A stretch of DNA of 64,000 nt, taken from the NCBI GenBank assembly GCA_029762535.1, contig JARVGK010000010.1, positions 1 to 64,000 on the forward strand, given 5' to 3'. Positions 10,505 to 21,400 of the stretch are shown here, in pieces. Both the position numbers and the translations under genes were made by a program. How positions within the stretch are numbered: the first letter of the stretch is position 1; each line of letters begins with the position of its first letter. Under the pieces are notes generated by a model. That model had not been told where the DNA came from. It was given only the letters and a program-made list of their open reading frames with translations, and made no database searches. Source of the DNA: Thermoplasmatota archaeon. GTDB taxonomy: Archaea > Thermoplasmatota > Penumbrarchaeia > Penumbrarchaeales > Penumbrarchaeaceae.

Positions 10505-10536
10505 GGGGAGATCCCCGCGGATTATGGGAGGAAATG
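10505..10536 (+). repeat. 32-bp direct repeat, copy 2 (duplicate of rnhA 3' end)
   Basis: ggggagatccccgcggattatgggaggaaatg, starting 3 bp after the ATPase stop codon. Confidence 0.95.
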
Positions 10537-10615
10537 GGGGGAATGAAAATTGTATTTTCCTTCGTTGCATACCCAACAGTCACGATTTAATATATCCTCG
10601 CGTTGAGGGGGGTCA

Positions 10616-11980
10616 ATGGCGGATCCCGTCTTCGCGATACTGTTGATATCATATCTTTTAGTCCTTCTGTTCATAGGATACAGGAGCCGGACGAAGAGCG
10701 GGGACGCCCACTTCTTCATCGCCGACAGGAAGCTGGACCGAAGGTCGGTGGCGTTCACATTAGGGGCGACCGTCGTAGGAGGATCCGCCGTCATCGTGAC
10801 GGGATCCCTCGTCTTCGAGCACGGGACCTCCGGGCTATGGTACGATATCGGTGGGATCCTGGGGCTTATCTTTCTGGGCATCTTCGTCGCCCCGAGGATC
10901 AGGAGGACCAGAGCCCACTCCCTACCGGACCTCATCGGGATCCACTACGGCGAAACGGGGAAGGTCGCCTCGTCCTTGGTCCTGGTCCTTGTGGAGATCG
11001 GATGGATCGCGCTGCTCCTGCAGGCGTCCAGATATGTCCTCTCAGAGGCGGCGGGAATATCCCCCGAGATCGCACTGCCCCTGGCAGCGGCGGTGTTCAT
11101 AGCATATACCATTATGGGGGGGCAGAGGGCCGTCGTGATGACGGACAAGGTGCAGATAGTATTGTCCATTCTCGCATTGATATTGATATTCTTCGGCATG
11201 GCATCCCGGGGCGGCGGGATCGATCCCTCATCGCTCTCATTCCCAGTATCCAAGGGGATCGGACCAACGCTTGCGATCTCGGCGTTCCTCATAATGTTCC
11301 TGTCGCACGCGGTGGGACCGGACATCTACTCGAAAGTATTCTCCTCCCGTTCAGGGACCGAGGCGCGCTGGGGCGTCATAGGAGGTGGGCTCCTGAAGCT
11401 GTTCGCCTCGGTACTGGTGGCCTCCATCGCCCTTCTGGGGATCTCCATGTACGGGGATTCGATCTCCGGCGGGGCTCTTATACCGACCGCTGCGAAGGAT
11501 GTGCTGCCTGGGGCCCTGTTCTATGTCGCTATGATCGGCCTTCTATCCGTTATGCTATCCTCCGCCGATTCCTGTCTGTTATCCGGGGCCACGTTCATAT
11601 CCTGGGACCTCCTGAAGGCAAAGGACGGCAGATGGACCCGCTCCATATCCATAGCAGTCCTGGGGATCGTCTCATACATTGTGGCTTTTCACAGCCCCGG
11701 CATATTGGAGACCCTCACTTTGACATATACCTTCTTCTCGGCCAGCATGGTCCCCTCCGTGATCGCGATCCCCTGGAAGGATAGGCTGGGGATCGACAGG
11801 AAGGGTGCGATCTCCTCCTTCATCGTTGGTGGAGGAGGAGTCCTCCTCTTGTATATCTTGACAACTATGGAGATCTGGAGCGGAAGCCTTCTGTTCCTCC
11901 CGCTGACACTCTCCTTCCTGATTCTCTTTGCTGTGTCGAGGATCCCGACAGGGAACCACGGGATCGGAAATTCTATCTGA
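10616..11980 (+). CDS. Sodium:solute symporter (SSS family, PutP/PanF-like)
   Basis: About 13 hydrophobic helices; FFIADRKL, YTIMGGQRAVVMTDKVQ, MLSSADS motifs. Confidence 0.9.
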   Translation: MADPVFAILLISYLLVLLFIGYRSRTKSGDAHFFIADRKLDRRSVAFTLGATVVGGSAVIVTGSLVFEHGTSGLWYDIGGILGLIFLGIFVAPRIRRTRAHSLPDLIGIHYGETGKVASSLVLVLVEIGWIALLLQASRYVLSEAAGISPEIALPLAAAVFIAYTIMGGQRAVVMTDKVQIVLSILALILIFFGMASRGGGIDPSSLSFPVSKGIGPTLAISAFLIMFLSHAVGPDIYSKVFSSRSGTEARWGVIGGGLLKLFASVLVASIALLGISMYGDSISGGALIPTAAKDVLPGALFYVAMIGLLSVMLSSADSCLLSGATFISWDLLKAKDGRWTRSISIAVLGIVSYIVAFHSPGILETLTLTYTFFSASMVPSVIAIPWKDRLGIDRKGAISSFIVGGGGVLLLYILTTMEIWSGSLLFLPLTLSFLILFAVSRIPTGNHGIGNSI

Positions 11981-12000
11981 GCAACTCATTTCTGCGTTGT

Positions 12001-14859
12001 TCATTCCTCGGCTTCCCATTCGGAGGATCCCTTAGATCTCCTAATGACGAACATTATAAGGACAAGGATAGCCAGGATGACCATCACCGCAGCGAGTATC
12101 ACGAAAGCTATCCATGGATCGCTGCTCTCTTTCTTGTCCGACACTCCCGGATCCGTCCCTTTCAGATACTCCTCCAGATTGGTGTATCCATCCCCGTCGG
12201 GATCGAGACCTGCATCGTCGGGATCGGAATCGGATAACCCGTATCTCTCCTCCCAATCCATGGGGATCCCGTCGCCGTCGTGGTCCTTCGTTCTATCGAT
12301 CCCCACAAGAATGGTCCAGTTCAACACCGTTATGCCACCCTCCCCGTCATCTGCGCTGAGGGTTATGAAATAGGAACCGGCCTCGTCGAAGATCATCGAG
12401 AACCCCTCATCGGTCCTGGTGACCTGCGCTCCCTCGGCGGATATGGAGACCTCTACCTCATCCGAAGGGTCAGAAGCCTCATCTATCTTCACTAGAAGCG
12501 TCTGGTCCTCGAGCATGGTCCCATCGGAGTTTGGATAGACGAGAGACGCCCTGAGAGTCGGTTCGACGTTATAGGCGATCAACGTGAGGTTGGAGTAGGT
12601 CATGCCTCCGTCATCATCCCTCACCGCTGCATGAACCGTATAGTTCCCATCGTTCGGGAGAACGAATGCATACGAAGAATTCTCCAATGTCAGGTTCGAC
12701 CACTCCGAGAACACACCATCCAATGACCATGATATCATCATCGGATCGTGAGGAGCATCGGTCGCTTCCACGCTGATGATGACAGTATCGCCCTCGTTCA
12801 CCTCGACCGCGCTCGCCTCGATCGACACCACGGGTGCCCTGTTGAGGACCGAAACGATCGCATTATATGAGACGGTCCTTCCGAACCCGTCATTTACCGT
12901 TACGGAAACGTTGTATTCCCCGTCATCCATGAATGTGTGTTCGATAGATGAGGACGATGTGTTGATACCCGAACCGTCGATCATCCAGGAGAACTCATAA
13001 GTGTTGTCCGGGATATGGTCGAGTATGTTGGATGTGAACATCGCGCTCTCGTTCTCGAATATGGTTTCCGGGCCCGTGAAGTTAACTGTGAGCTCATCCT
13101 TGTAAAAGACCAATGTCACGAACTCCCCTGTTACATCATCGTCGGGGTCCGGGTCCTGTCCGGGCATCATGGTAACGGTCCCGTTCTCATAGGAGACAGT
13201 GACGTTCTCGGCTTCATATCCCGTCATCATCCACCCTCCCGGTATTACTGCGCTGCCTATTGTTTCCTCGAACATATCATCGTATGTCATATTGAATACA
13301 AGGGAGCGTAATGCCGAGTCATCCAAGGTTCCGTTCAGCACATATCTACCGCCGACCCTCAACTCCATCGGGACCATGAGGTCCACAGGGCCCGTGAGGT
13401 TAATGAAATCGAAATATCCATCGACCCTGTCATAGTAAAGGCCGTCAAGGGTGATGTTCCCGGTGGTATTGAAGCCGAAAGGTGCCGATGCCATCTCATC
13501 GTCATCCTCCATGGCCATCGCGAGGAAATCCTCCAATTCCTGATCGTTGAGAACCTGATCACCATCCCCCATCATTAGGTCCATGAACAGCCTCATGTAC
13601 CTGGTGGAGTTGACGTGAGTTTTCATCACACCATCCACTTCGAACGCCTCCCAGCCATCGAAGGATATGATGTTGGTGGCCGTGCTGTTCTTCGAATCCC
13701 TCAAAGAAATCTCGAGTTCCATGTCCTCATCAACGGTAATGGGTGCGAAATACGTCTCGTACTCCCAGCCATCGAACGGGTCCTCCCCGCCGATGATGAG
13801 ATGGCCCGGCACGTCGGACACGATCATGGAAAAGTGTCCCTTATCATCCGTCCTTAATGCGTTCTGGTCCGGGAAAACCTTCGATTGAATGAAGTTCACA
13901 GCGATGTCCTCGAGCGGATCCCCGGCTTGGTCCGTTAAGGCCCCCGACAGTTCATACTGCCTGTATCCAAGTGTGATATTGTACCAGAATACCCCCCCTT
14001 CCGGGATATCGACCCTGGAGAAGTGGAAATCATAGTCATCCGACATGGTGATGATCATATGCATCCCTTCCCAGAACTCGAACTCGTAATATCCAGCCTC
14101 ATCGACCATGGCCATGAGCTGGAAATCCAGGTACTGGTCGAATATTATGACGAGTATCTCCTCAAGCGCTGAGGCCCCGTCGGTGACGTATCCTTTGACC
14201 GTTGTCCTCATCTCCGGGATCATGGGGATCCCTATGTCGAGTTCATAGGGGCTCATCTCCTCCTCGAAGGATGAGTATTCCTCATGAACGATCAGTCCCC
14301 TGAAAAAAAGGCGGAAAGAGTAGAATGCCGGGAATATCTCAAGGGAGAACTCTCCCGATGCATCGGTCATGGCCTCGTATTCGTAATGGTCGGATCCTGA
14401 GAAAGAGGCGTATTCGAGAACGACCCTGACCCCCTGGGCGTCATCCCCGCCCTGGACGAAATGAACGTGTCCATTGATCTCCACGGTCTCGTTCGGGCGG
14501 TTGGACAAAGTGACGTTGTGAACGTTGGTCCCAACATCCAGTATCAGGCCCTTGCTCCGATAGAGCAGGTAGCCGTCCTTCACAACCTCGACGATGACGT
14601 GGCTCGTCATATCGAGGTAGAACGAGTAATGGCCGGTCCCGTTCGTGATCGTGCTGTTGAGGAATTCCATGTCGGTACTCATGACCCTTACAGAAGCTCC
14701 CTCAACAGGCGCTTCGGAGGCGTAAGTGATGTAACCTTCGATCCAGTATTGGGGTTTTCTTGTATATCCCTCCGCTTCCGAAGATGCGAAAAGGGGGAAC
14801 AACAAGGCCAAGGCGATCGCTATACCGATGGTTGATCTGAGGATAGAATTCCCATACAT
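12001..14859 (-). CDS. Cell-surface protein with carboxypeptidase-regulatory-like repeats, PKD domains, Ca-binding DxDGDG repeat and C-terminal TM
   Basis: Signal peptide; GxVTD...P..G..V repeats; [15 protein letters not shown]; [12 protein letters not shown]; TM followed by RRSK...WEAEE. Confidence 0.8.
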   Translation of the reverse strand: MYGNSILRSTIGIAIALALLFPLFASSEAEGYTRKPQYWIEGYITYASEAPVEGASVRVMSTDMEFLNSTITNGTGHYSFYLDMTSHVIVEVVKDGYLLYRSKGLILDVGTNVHNVTLSNRPNETVEINGHVHFVQGGDDAQGVRVVLEYASFSGSDHYEYEAMTDASGEFSLEIFPAFYSFRLFFRGLIVHEEYSSFEEEMSPYELDIGIPMIPEMRTTVKGYVTDGASALEEILVIIFDQYLDFQLMAMVDEAGYYEFEFWEGMHMIITMSDDYDFHFSRVDIPEGGVFWYNITLGYRQYELSGALTDQAGDPLEDIAVNFIQSKVFPDQNALRTDDKGHFSMIVSDVPGHLIIGGEDPFDGWEYETYFAPITVDEDMELEISLRDSKNSTATNIISFDGWEAFEVDGVMKTHVNSTRYMRLFMDLMMGDGDQVLNDQELEDFLAMAMEDDDEMASAPFGFNTTGNITLDGLYYDRVDGYFDFINLTGPVDLMVPMELRVGGRYVLNGTLDDSALRSLVFNMTYDDMFEETIGSAVIPGGWMMTGYEAENVTVSYENGTVTMMPGQDPDPDDDVTGEFVTLVFYKDELTVNFTGPETIFENESAMFTSNILDHIPDNTYEFSWMIDGSGINTSSSSIEHTFMDDGEYNVSVTVNDGFGRTVSYNAIVSVLNRAPVVSIEASAVEVNEGDTVIISVEATDAPHDPMMISWSLDGVFSEWSNLTLENSSYAFVLPNDGNYTVHAAVRDDDGGMTYSNLTLIAYNVEPTLRASLVYPNSDGTMLEDQTLLVKIDEASDPSDEVEVSISAEGAQVTRTDEGFSMIFDEAGSYFITLSADDGEGGITVLNWTILVGIDRTKDHDGDGIPMDWEERYGLSDSDPDDAGLDPDGDGYTNLEEYLKGTDPGVSDKKESSDPWIAFVILAAVMVILAILVLIMFVIRRSKGSSEWEAEE

Positions 14860-14986
14860 GGAGGGGAGCAGTTTTTCTACCTTTATTTATCTTTATTGCG
14901 GTCCTTTCTATTTAATAAAATTCATGGACGATCCCCGGATCGATCCATATCCTTTAGAATCGTGTATCCAACCCCTTATCCTCAGG

Positions 14987-17900
14987 TTACTCTTCCCATA
15001 CCTCGTTGGTCCTATCCGTTCTCTTGTTCCGATTAAATATAAGGATTATCATAGCTGCGATGATGATGATCAAGAGAATGATCGATGCGAGGGCAATAAA
15101 GGGCATCATACTGTGACCTTTATCATATGCCGAGATATCGAAGCGAATGGATCGGTTCACATGCTCGGAGGAGGCCTCAAAGATCAGAACATGGATCCCG
15201 GCCTCCCCCTGGGGGACCTCCACCTCGATGATGACCGATTCGGTCCCACCCGGCAGGATCTCGAGCCGCTCGACGCTCAGACCGCACCAGGAAGGGGGCA
15301 GGCCATTTATCTCCAGCTCCACGACGATGGGGATGTTGCCCTTATTCGTCACATTGACGATGAACTCGAACTTCTCCCCCGTTCTGACCCTGCTCTTGTT
15401 CTCCGAAGGGCTCAGATCAAAGTCGTATAGAGTGAGGACGGTCACATTCACGGATCTTGAGATCACCAGCTTCCCGTCGTTCATATCGACCTCGAACAAG
15501 AGCGTATCGACGACCCCCGGAGGGATCCCCTCCGGGATCCTGATTGATATGCCCATGGCAGCGCTCCTACTGGATCCTATCCAGCCCCTTTCACCGCTCA
15601 ATATCCTTATGGATAGGTCCACGGATGATGATGCGCTGAGGCGATAGTCGAACGGCATGTTCCCGGCGTTGATCAACTCGAGGTCCAACGTCATTTCCTT
15701 ACCGGGCGGACCGGAAACGATCATCGGATAGAGCAGGTCCGCTCTAAGAATTTCCAGGATATTCAGATCTATCGACAAGGAGGCCGAAGCGTTGTTCAAC
15801 GACATGGCCCTCAGAATGAACGCAACGGATGAGGGAGGCAGGGCCTCGTTCAAAGCTACGTTCAAGGTAGCTGTCCTCTCCTCGAACGGCGCCATACGAG
15901 AACCGTTGAAGGATATACCGAACTCCCACTGACCAACGGGCTCGACCGTATCGAAGACCACATCGTCAATGATGTTGCCCGTGTTCCGCACCGATACGCT
16001 GATCGTGATCGTGGAATACGGCTCGATCCCGACCTCCTCCTCGGGCCCTTTCAGAGATATACCGTGGATCGATCTCGCTATCAATGTCAGGTTGATCGTG
16101 TCCAGAAGCCCCTCTGACGTGAAGGCACCGAGGACAACGCTGCACCATTCTCCGGCGAGAGTCGTTGGCGGGGCGGTCATTTTGAACGATATGGAGGCCT
16201 CCTCACCATACTGTACCTGTGTGCTGTTGACGAAAGAATGGTCCCAGATCGTTCCTTGTACGGACAGGACCTCGATCGACGTATTCAACATCACATTGCC
16301 CGTGTTCCTCAACAGAACTGTGAAAGGGATCTCCTCCCCCGGATCGGCGTGAAGCGTCACGACCTCCGATATGAACTCGGCCCTGAGGACGTTCCCAACC
16401 AATACCGCAGCCTCCGTTTCAGCTGATATATATGGATCCCTCAAGGAGAACGCAGTGATGATGAGGTCGTATGCATTTCCCCCTGAAGCGTTCTCGGGAA
16501 CTATGAAATGCAAGAGGGCCCATCTTTTCTCATTCGCGATCATCTTAGAGCCGTTGAACTCGATCGTGATGGGAGACTTCAAGGATCCGCATACGGCCTG
16601 GATGCTGATATCATCGAGGTCGTTCCCGGTATTGGTGATGTTAACATCGATCAAAGTACGCTCGCCAGGGTCATAGGATGATCCCCGAACCGTCGCATCG
16701 ATGAGGATCCCTCTTACCGTCGATGCGATGGTTTCGACCTCGATCTCGGTGAATATCGAGGGATCGCCTTCCATCTCTAATCTTACCAGCAACACCATGA
16801 TGTCTCCGGATAGGGCATCATCGGGAACAATGACGCTCAGTGATAGATCCCTCTTGATGCCGGGTTCGATCCCTGTCCCGTCGAAGGAGGCGTTCCATAC
16901 CCATGACGGATCGTCCGATGCGATGATGACATCGAGATCCGATTCTGAGCTTCCATGGAACAATACATCGATCAGATATCCGACGCTCTCTCCGGGATCG
17001 GCGTATCCGATCCGGTTCCCCCCCGGGACCTCTATTCTATCCGGGGGGGTCCAATGCTCGGACATCCCTATCAGGAACTGCCCGATCCCGGCCGCCCCCC
17101 AGTACCATCCGGGGCAGTATTCGGCGGTATCATCGATATCCTCCTTGTAATTCCATCTCCTGACCCCGGGAGAGATCTCCTCCGACATGTTCATGACCCA
17201 GTTCGCGGACCTTACGGCGTGGTCAAGATAGGTCTCGTTGCCGGCCATCTCATAAGATGTCATGAAGGCGTATCCTATGCCGGAATTGCCCATGAGAAGC
17301 CCGGTAATGTATTCGCTTCCTCCTATAAGGTGCGGCCATTTGAGCTCGTCCTCGTTCACCTCGACCCGCTGGTATATTATCCAATTCATTATCCTCTCGG
17401 CCGCATCAAGGTATTTCGGATCACTCGTTGCCTTATGGAGCGAGAACAGAACGATGGCATGGCTGGGATCCCCGTGGCAGAGGATATTGGTATGATCTAT
17501 GCTCATCATCCCCTCCCCCATCATCGTCCCCTGACCTACGGTCCAATTGGCCCCGGCCATGGCATTCTCGAGGTATGTCGAGTTACCGGTAGCCTCCCAC
17601 ATTCGAATGAAGAACTGGACGATCCCGATGGTGCCCCCGCACCAGGACCGGTCCGGGTCCGGATCCCCCTCCACTCTCACCCACGCCTTCTCCCCCGGAC
17701 CCATGTCCATTCCCATCGAGATGAGCCATCCGGCGCCTCCAAGGGCGTAGTCGAGATAAGCCGTGTTTTGAGTGTCCGAGTGGATCTCCATAAGGACATG
17801 GGACAGCCCAGCCGTGCCGTGGTACCATCCCGTCATGTTGTGATCTATCGTCGAGAACGACTTCCATTTGTAACCCCCTGGCGCGGGCACGGCCTGATCA

Positions 17901-18433
17901 ACGAGCCAGTTGGCGCCTTTTACCGCATAGTCAAGATATGTGGAGTTCCCGGTGGAGCGATACAGCATCGAGAGGTATTCCATCGTCGAGCCTATGCCCC
18001 CTAAATAGTCGGGGTCGTATATGCCCCATCCCTCATATTTGGACCATCTGCATGAGTTCGGACCAACCCCCTCGGCAATGGATATGAGCCATCTGCCCGT
18101 TCCTTCGGCAAACTCCAGATATGTCCCGTTCCCGGTGGCATGATAGAGCTCCAGGAAGAACTTGCCCACACCGACCGCGCCCATGGACTGCTCTGTCATG
18201 AAACGATCGCTCTCGAGATCGGAATTGTACCACTTGTACTGCCCGGGAGCGGGCTCCATCGCGATCGACATCAGCCATCTGGCCGCGGATTCGGCATGGT
18301 TTAGGTATGGATTGTCGTAGGGTTCGAGAGCTGGCGCGTCCCTGGTCGGCTCGACCCATCCGGAAGGCACCTGGATATGGAGCGTGAAGATCAATGAAAG
18401 AACAACAAGAGAGGTGGCCCATCTCACGTTCAT
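14987..18433 (-). CDS. Secreted, membrane-anchored LanC-like (lanthionine synthetase C-like) alpha/alpha-barrel protein with NEW3/CARDB-type Ig-like stalk
   Basis: Seven GxxG-type barrel repeats including GWYHGTAG, RSWCGGTIG, ILCHG, GLLMGNSG; repeated NTGN Ig-like domains; signal peptide and C-terminal TM. Start refined to ATG 18433 (ATGA overlap with upstream stop). Confidence 0.85.
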   Translation of the reverse strand: MNVRWATSLVVLSLIFTLHIQVPSGWVEPTRDAPALEPYDNPYLNHAESAARWLMSIAMEPAPGQYKWYNSDLESDRFMTEQSMGAVGVGKFFLELYHATGNGTYLEFAEGTGRWLISIAEGVGPNSCRWSKYEGWGIYDPDYLGGIGSTMEYLSMLYRSTGNSTYLDYAVKGANWLVDQAVPAPGGYKWKSFSTIDHNMTGWYHGTAGLSHVLMEIHSDTQNTAYLDYALGGAGWLISMGMDMGPGEKAWVRVEGDPDPDRSWCGGTIGIVQFFIRMWEATGNSTYLENAMAGANWTVGQGTMMGEGMMSIDHTNILCHGDPSHAIVLFSLHKATSDPKYLDAAERIMNWIIYQRVEVNEDELKWPHLIGGSEYITGLLMGNSGIGYAFMTSYEMAGNETYLDHAVRSANWVMNMSEEISPGVRRWNYKEDIDDTAEYCPGWYWGAAGIGQFLIGMSEHWTPPDRIEVPGGNRIGYADPGESVGYLIDVLFHGSSESDLDVIIASDDPSWVWNASFDGTGIEPGIKRDLSLSVIVPDDALSGDIMVLLVRLEMEGDPSIFTEIEVETIASTVRGILIDATVRGSSYDPGERTLIDVNITNTGNDLDDISIQAVCGSLKSPITIEFNGSKMIANEKRWALLHFIVPENASGGNAYDLIITAFSLRDPYISAETEAAVLVGNVLRAEFISEVVTLHADPGEEIPFTVLLRNTGNVMLNTSIEVLSVQGTIWDHSFVNSTQVQYGEEASISFKMTAPPTTLAGEWCSVVLGAFTSEGLLDTINLTLIARSIHGISLKGPEEEVGIEPYSTITISVSVRNTGNIIDDVVFDTVEPVGQWEFGISFNGSRMAPFEERTATLNVALNEALPPSSVAFILRAMSLNNASASLSIDLNILEILRADLLYPMIVSGPPGKEMTLDLELINAGNMPFDYRLSASSSVDLSIRILSGERGWIGSSRSAAMGISIRIPEGIPPGVVDTLLFEVDMNDGKLVISRSVNVTVLTLYDFDLSPSENKSRVRTGEKFEFIVNVTNKGNIPIVVELEINGLPPSWCGLSVERLEILPGGTESVIIEVEVPQGEAGIHVLIFEASSEHVNRSIRFDISAYDKGHSMMPFIALASIILLIIIIAAMIILIFNRNKRTDRTNEVWEE

Positions 18434-21400
18434 TCCTCCCATATCGAGGTCTCCTGCCTCCGTTTAAGGACGAATGCGGCACCTGCGATGATCACAGCGA
18501 GCACGAGGATGATCGCTATGACCACCAGAACGGGCGATAGCCCCCTCTGGTTCGAGTCCCGTTCGACAACGTTGAGCTTCAGGAGGATCGTGCTGGTGGA
18601 GGACCCGTCCGATGCGCTGACCTGTATCGTATGAGGGCCGGGGGCGAGGTCCTGGGTCGGCACCGAGAGCGTCAGGTCCCTTGATGAGTAGGGGCCCATA
18701 TCTACCGGGGACGGAGGGTCCACCTCGCATTCGATCCCTGCGTATACCGAGGCGGATACAACGCCGTTCCCCGCATTCTCAAGGATCAGCCTGAATACGG
18801 CAATGGAGCCGCTCTTGACTTCCACATCGGTGTTATCGCAGGTCAATTCCAGATCGGAGACCCTCTCCGGGGACACCTTCATGGACAGGTATGTCGCCGG
18901 ACCGCCGTCCACAACGGACACCGCCCTCAGCATGACCGCCTCTTCGGACCCCAAGAGCATCGATCGCGGCAATTTGACCTGGAATATGTGCCATTTGGTT
19001 TCCCCGGGACCGATCCGGACCGTCGAGTTCGGGGACAGTATAACCAGAGCGCTCCCGGATGAGACATTGACGGAGATCTCGTCCAATCCGTTACCCGTGT
19101 TCACTATCTCCACCTCGACCTCGACCGTCGATCCGGGGAGCGCCGAGATGTTAGAGGGGAGGTGGCACTCGAATCCAGGCATCCGGTCCACGGTGATGTG
19201 TATGCCGAGATCGGATCGGCTCGACGGATCCCCCGCGGATATGCAGCTGACGTTGATCTGCTCGGTATCCCCCTCGAGGGAATCAACAGGGACCGAGATG
19301 TTAAGGTGGAGCATCCAGCTCTCTCCCGGGAGGACGCTCGCGCCCTCCGTGAAAAGGACTGCCTCCCAACCCGATCGGTTCTTCAACACGAGTTCCAGTT
19401 CGTCGGGGGCGTTCCCGGTGTTGACCACGGGGATGGCAAAGGATAGCATCTCTCCGGGTTTGGCGAAGGCGCGCACCTCGTCGTGGACCACGGTCAGCGA
19501 ATGGAGAGCCCCGACGCTAATGCGGACCTCGAGCGGGTCCGAGGCGTTCCCTGAGGATGATGCCATCAATGAGACGAGGTCCGTTTCGCCGAACGCAGCA
19601 TCGTCCGGGACAAGTAAGGTCACCGCTCCCGCCCTTTTCTCTGCCGGCACCATGCCCGTCCCGTTGAAATCGATATCACCGCTCCAGTTCACGAATGCGG
19701 CATCCAGTGTGATGTCGTCCATGCCGTTGCCCGAGTTCTCCACGGTGATCATTATTTCCACGATATCGCCGGGTAGGGCATTCCGGTGAACATCATCCTC
19801 AAGTATCCTCACGCCGAAAAGGTGCCCCACTTCTGTCTCTATCGCGACCGTGACGCTCTTTTCGGGATCGCTCGCGGAGGTGAAGGACAAGAGAGCGGTG
19901 AACGTCTCGTGATGCATGGAACCGTTCGGCGTCCTCACGATGACCTCAACCGCTCTGCTCCCTCCCGGTGGGACATCGGACCCGTCAAGGTCAAGGCTCA
20001 GATCCCATCCTTGGGGAGGCGTGGCGTGTTCGAGGACTATGTCATCCACGATATCGCCGGTGTTGAACACATCGAATGAGTAAGAGGCGCTCTCCCCGGG
20101 AAGGGCGATCCCTTTGAGTTCCGATGCGGAGGATCCCACGCCAAAGGTAGGGTTCCGCGTCAATCTGATGGTCAGATTGTAATATGTCACATCGTACATC
20201 GATACCTCAGGGAGGCTGGCCTGGATGTGGAGCCTGGTCTCGCCGTCGAAGCGCTCCAGCACGTGAAAGACCCCGAGCGAGGGCTGCTCCTCAAAAACCA
20301 ACTCAACGCTGAGCGGATCGGTGTAATCGTGAGGCAGGACGATGGGCTCGTAGAACAGGTCCTCTCCATGATGGTACATATCCCAGTTGGGGAACCACGT
20401 GTCCACGGAAGGCGGCCGATGGTAGCTGATGTTGAGCTCCATGGTCGCCCCATCGACCCTTTCGAACTCTACCCTTGTCAGGTTCAGCCCAGGGTCATGA
20501 TCGTTCCTGAAAGGGTCGTGCATAGGATCCCCATAATAGACCCTATTGGATTTACCCCCAAGCATGGCGGCCGCGGAAGGCCATTCCACGGGATCGAAAT
20601 CCCCGGAGGGCAGTATGTCCGGAAGGTAGGCGCTCTCCCCCTCATTGTAAAGGCGTAGGTTCGGGCTGTTTCCCATGAACCCCATCACGACCTGGTCCAG
20701 GGATCTCTTGTATATGTCGCCCATGGGCTCATGGTATCTAAGAGCGTTCCACTGGTCGAAATAGCTGTTGTATCCGTGGTTCGCCCCGATGGGTGCAAAA
20801 TATCCCGTGGCGTTGTCACCCAAAATCCTGTTGAAGAAAGCGAAATCATCTGACATCTCGTAGAATCTCACAACCCCTTCCGTGTTGCCGAAGGTCGCTG
20901 CGATATCCCCCTCGACCAGGGCCCTCTTGGGCACTCCTGAATGGCATGTCCCCGCGAACACGACCGCGGGGTAGAGATCTATCCCGCTCAGGTTCTCGGG
21001 TGTCAATCCCATCCGGGCATGGGCGGGATCCTCGATCTTCGCAGGGTCGTAGGTCCATACGGGCGGGTCAGGGTCGAGGTTCCCTCCTTTGAATAGCCAT
21101 GTCATATGTGGATCCCCGTCCCCGCTGATGGTAACCATCCTCGATCCTTCGAGGTCCGCCGCGTTATCGAGGAAGAAGTCCCTTCCGGAACCAGTGTCGT
21201 TGACCTCCATATACAGGTGGACCTCCGAGTCCCTCACGATCTTGTGGAAGCTGTTCGAGCCGGTCACCCTCCAGTTCAGGGAGCTTGCGGAATATCCGGA
21301 CACTTTCATAGGGAGCAGATGAGCCTCTTCCTCCTCCGCCCTGATGATGTTCTCGACGAAGGAGAGGGCGTCAGCGGGCGTCGCCCCGGTTATGTATCCC

